Shown: piece by piece, positions 31,782-33,133 of the stretch | Position numbering within the stretch: the stretch's first letter is position 1 | Layout of the letters: every line of letters begins with the position of its first letter | Source of the DNA: Nemertoderma westbladi | Taxonomy: Eukaryota > Animalia > Xenacoelomorpha | Reading direction: 5' to 3' | Assembly: GCA_032718475.1 (NCBI GenBank) | Contig: JAUCBJ010003142.1 | Span: 1-33,133, forward strand | DNA: 33,133 nt | The notes under the pieces: generated by a model | Told to the model about the DNA's origin: nothing | Databases searched by the model: none | Seen by the model: the letters and a program-made list of their open reading frames with translations, nothing else | Program-made: the position numbers and the translations under genes

Positions 31782-32272
31782 GGGCAGGTGTTAAATTAAC
31801 CACAGTACTAAGTGGGGGTGGAGTGGGGCAGGTGTTAAATTAACCACAGTACTAAGCGCGGGTAGGGTGGAGAAGGTGTTACATTAACCACAGTTCTAAG
31901 CGCGGGTGGGGTGGGGGCGGGTGTTAAATTAACCACAGTACTAAGTGGGGGTGGAGTGGGGCAGGTGTTAAATTAACCACAGTACTAAGCGCGGGTGGGG
32001 TGGGGAAGTTGTTAAATTAACCACAGTACTAAGTGGGGATGGAGTGGGGCGGGTGTTAAATTAACCACAGTACTAAGCGCGGGTAGGGTGGAGAAGGTGT
32101 TACATTAACCACAGTTCTAAGCGCGGGTAGGGTGGGGCAGGAGTTAAATTAACCACAGTTCTAAGCGCGGGTAGGGTGGGGGGCATGTGTTAAATTAACC
32201 ACAGTACTAAGTGGGGTTGGAGTGGGGCGGGTGTTAAATTAACCACAGTATTAAGCGCGGGTGGGGGTTGGA
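31782..32272. repeat. G-rich minisatellite, ~44-bp unit, 11 copies
   Basis: GTGTTAAATTAACCACAGTACTAAG plus a G-rich tail; units start at 31788, 31832, 31876, 31921, 31965, 32009, 32053, 32097, 32141, 32187 and 32231. Confidence 0.97.
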
Positions 32273-33133
32273 AGATCAATCACGGAGAAATCTCGACGTC
32301 GCTTCAGATGTCATGGAGAGTCCGGCGCAAACGACATTGGCTAATGGGATGGCGCTGTGTAGTAATCTAAATTATACTTTATGTTAACCTATTTTGATTG
32401 ATTTCAAATGAGCCAATATCTCCATCCCGTCTTCCCCTTCTTACTTCTGTGTTACCTTATTGTAATTATCACATTTAAAGAATATAGTATTAATGGCAGC
32501 TAATGCGGGGAGGACCGGACCCTTGACGCCTTAGACATTCATGCATCTCCATGGATTATCTTTTCTCCCCCCCCCCCCCTTTTTTTTTAATATATCTTAC
32601 AGACAGTGAAGAGTTTCAATTGCAATTGTAATTTTATCAAATATAGTTTTGTAAATATTAATTCAAAATAAGAAACGATTTAATATTTCTTACTGTATTT
32701 CATATCAAACATTACAGTTATAATTACATTTTCATTAGTAGTAATCTAGAAGTAGAATTTTCATTAGTATTTCATCAGTAGTTAAACTGTTAAAGTCTAA
32801 TGACGGGATAAAAAGTTTGTTAGTTTATCTATTTATTACATTTACAGCAATCTCAGAAGGGGCGATACATTCGCCATTGTTTCCCCTTTAACTGCAAACT
32901 CCGAGAAGGTGTTTTGCAGCGATGGGGTTGGCGTTGGGTGTGTAATTAGCATCAATGAACCAACATTCGGTGGTGTAACTATTGTAACCTGCCGTCAATC
33001 ACCACCAATGACATTGTGATGACAGTGGCGGTACCGCCATGTTTACTACCCGTAAAGCTTCTCAAAGATGTGATAAATCATCGGAACTGAAGGGATTCAT
33101 GATTCAAATCCCAGCATTGGAATTAAGAGGTTT

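Noticed and set aside
31782-32272. CRISPR-like look: constant ~25-bp block plus variable ~19-bp segment
   Set aside because: The variable parts are G-rich variants of one another and recur. There are no cas genes and the context is eukaryotic, so this is a minisatellite.
32843-32995. Possible minus-strand terminal exon (VTIVTPPNVGSLMLITHPTPTPSLQNTFSEF...)
   Set aside because: Weak acceptor context, no partner exon within the window, and no recognisable domain.

Overview
Eukaryotic, AT-rich, repeat-saturated animal DNA, probably an invertebrate; the species cannot be read from the sequence. Most ORF-track calls are shadows of transposon sequence. Recognisable content: (1) a nearly intact Ty3/Gypsy (Mag-like) LTR retrotransposon on the minus strand, 23810-29097, with 343-bp LTRs, ATTAG target duplication, PBS, PPT and two disabling lesions; (2) relics of Penelope-like, BEL/Pao, two APE-type LINE and Tc1/mariner elements; (3) several MITE/HINE-like non-autonomous elements and minisatellites; (4) a spliced minus-strand gene, 9319-12274, whose last three exons join in phase into a DUF4806/BEN-like domain. 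The most unusual object is an intronless, GC-rich, disrupted ORF (18383 to ~16213, minus) combining a WRN/EXD-type DEDDy 3'-5' exonuclease with three CCHC-spaced zinc knuckles, preceded by a strand-asymmetric tandem array. A second, diverged copy of the same array plus an exonuclease fragment lies in the opposite orientation at 29.3-30.3 kb. This suggests a multicopy mobile or repeat family that I cannot assign to a known class. No tRNA, rRNA or CRISPR array was seen.
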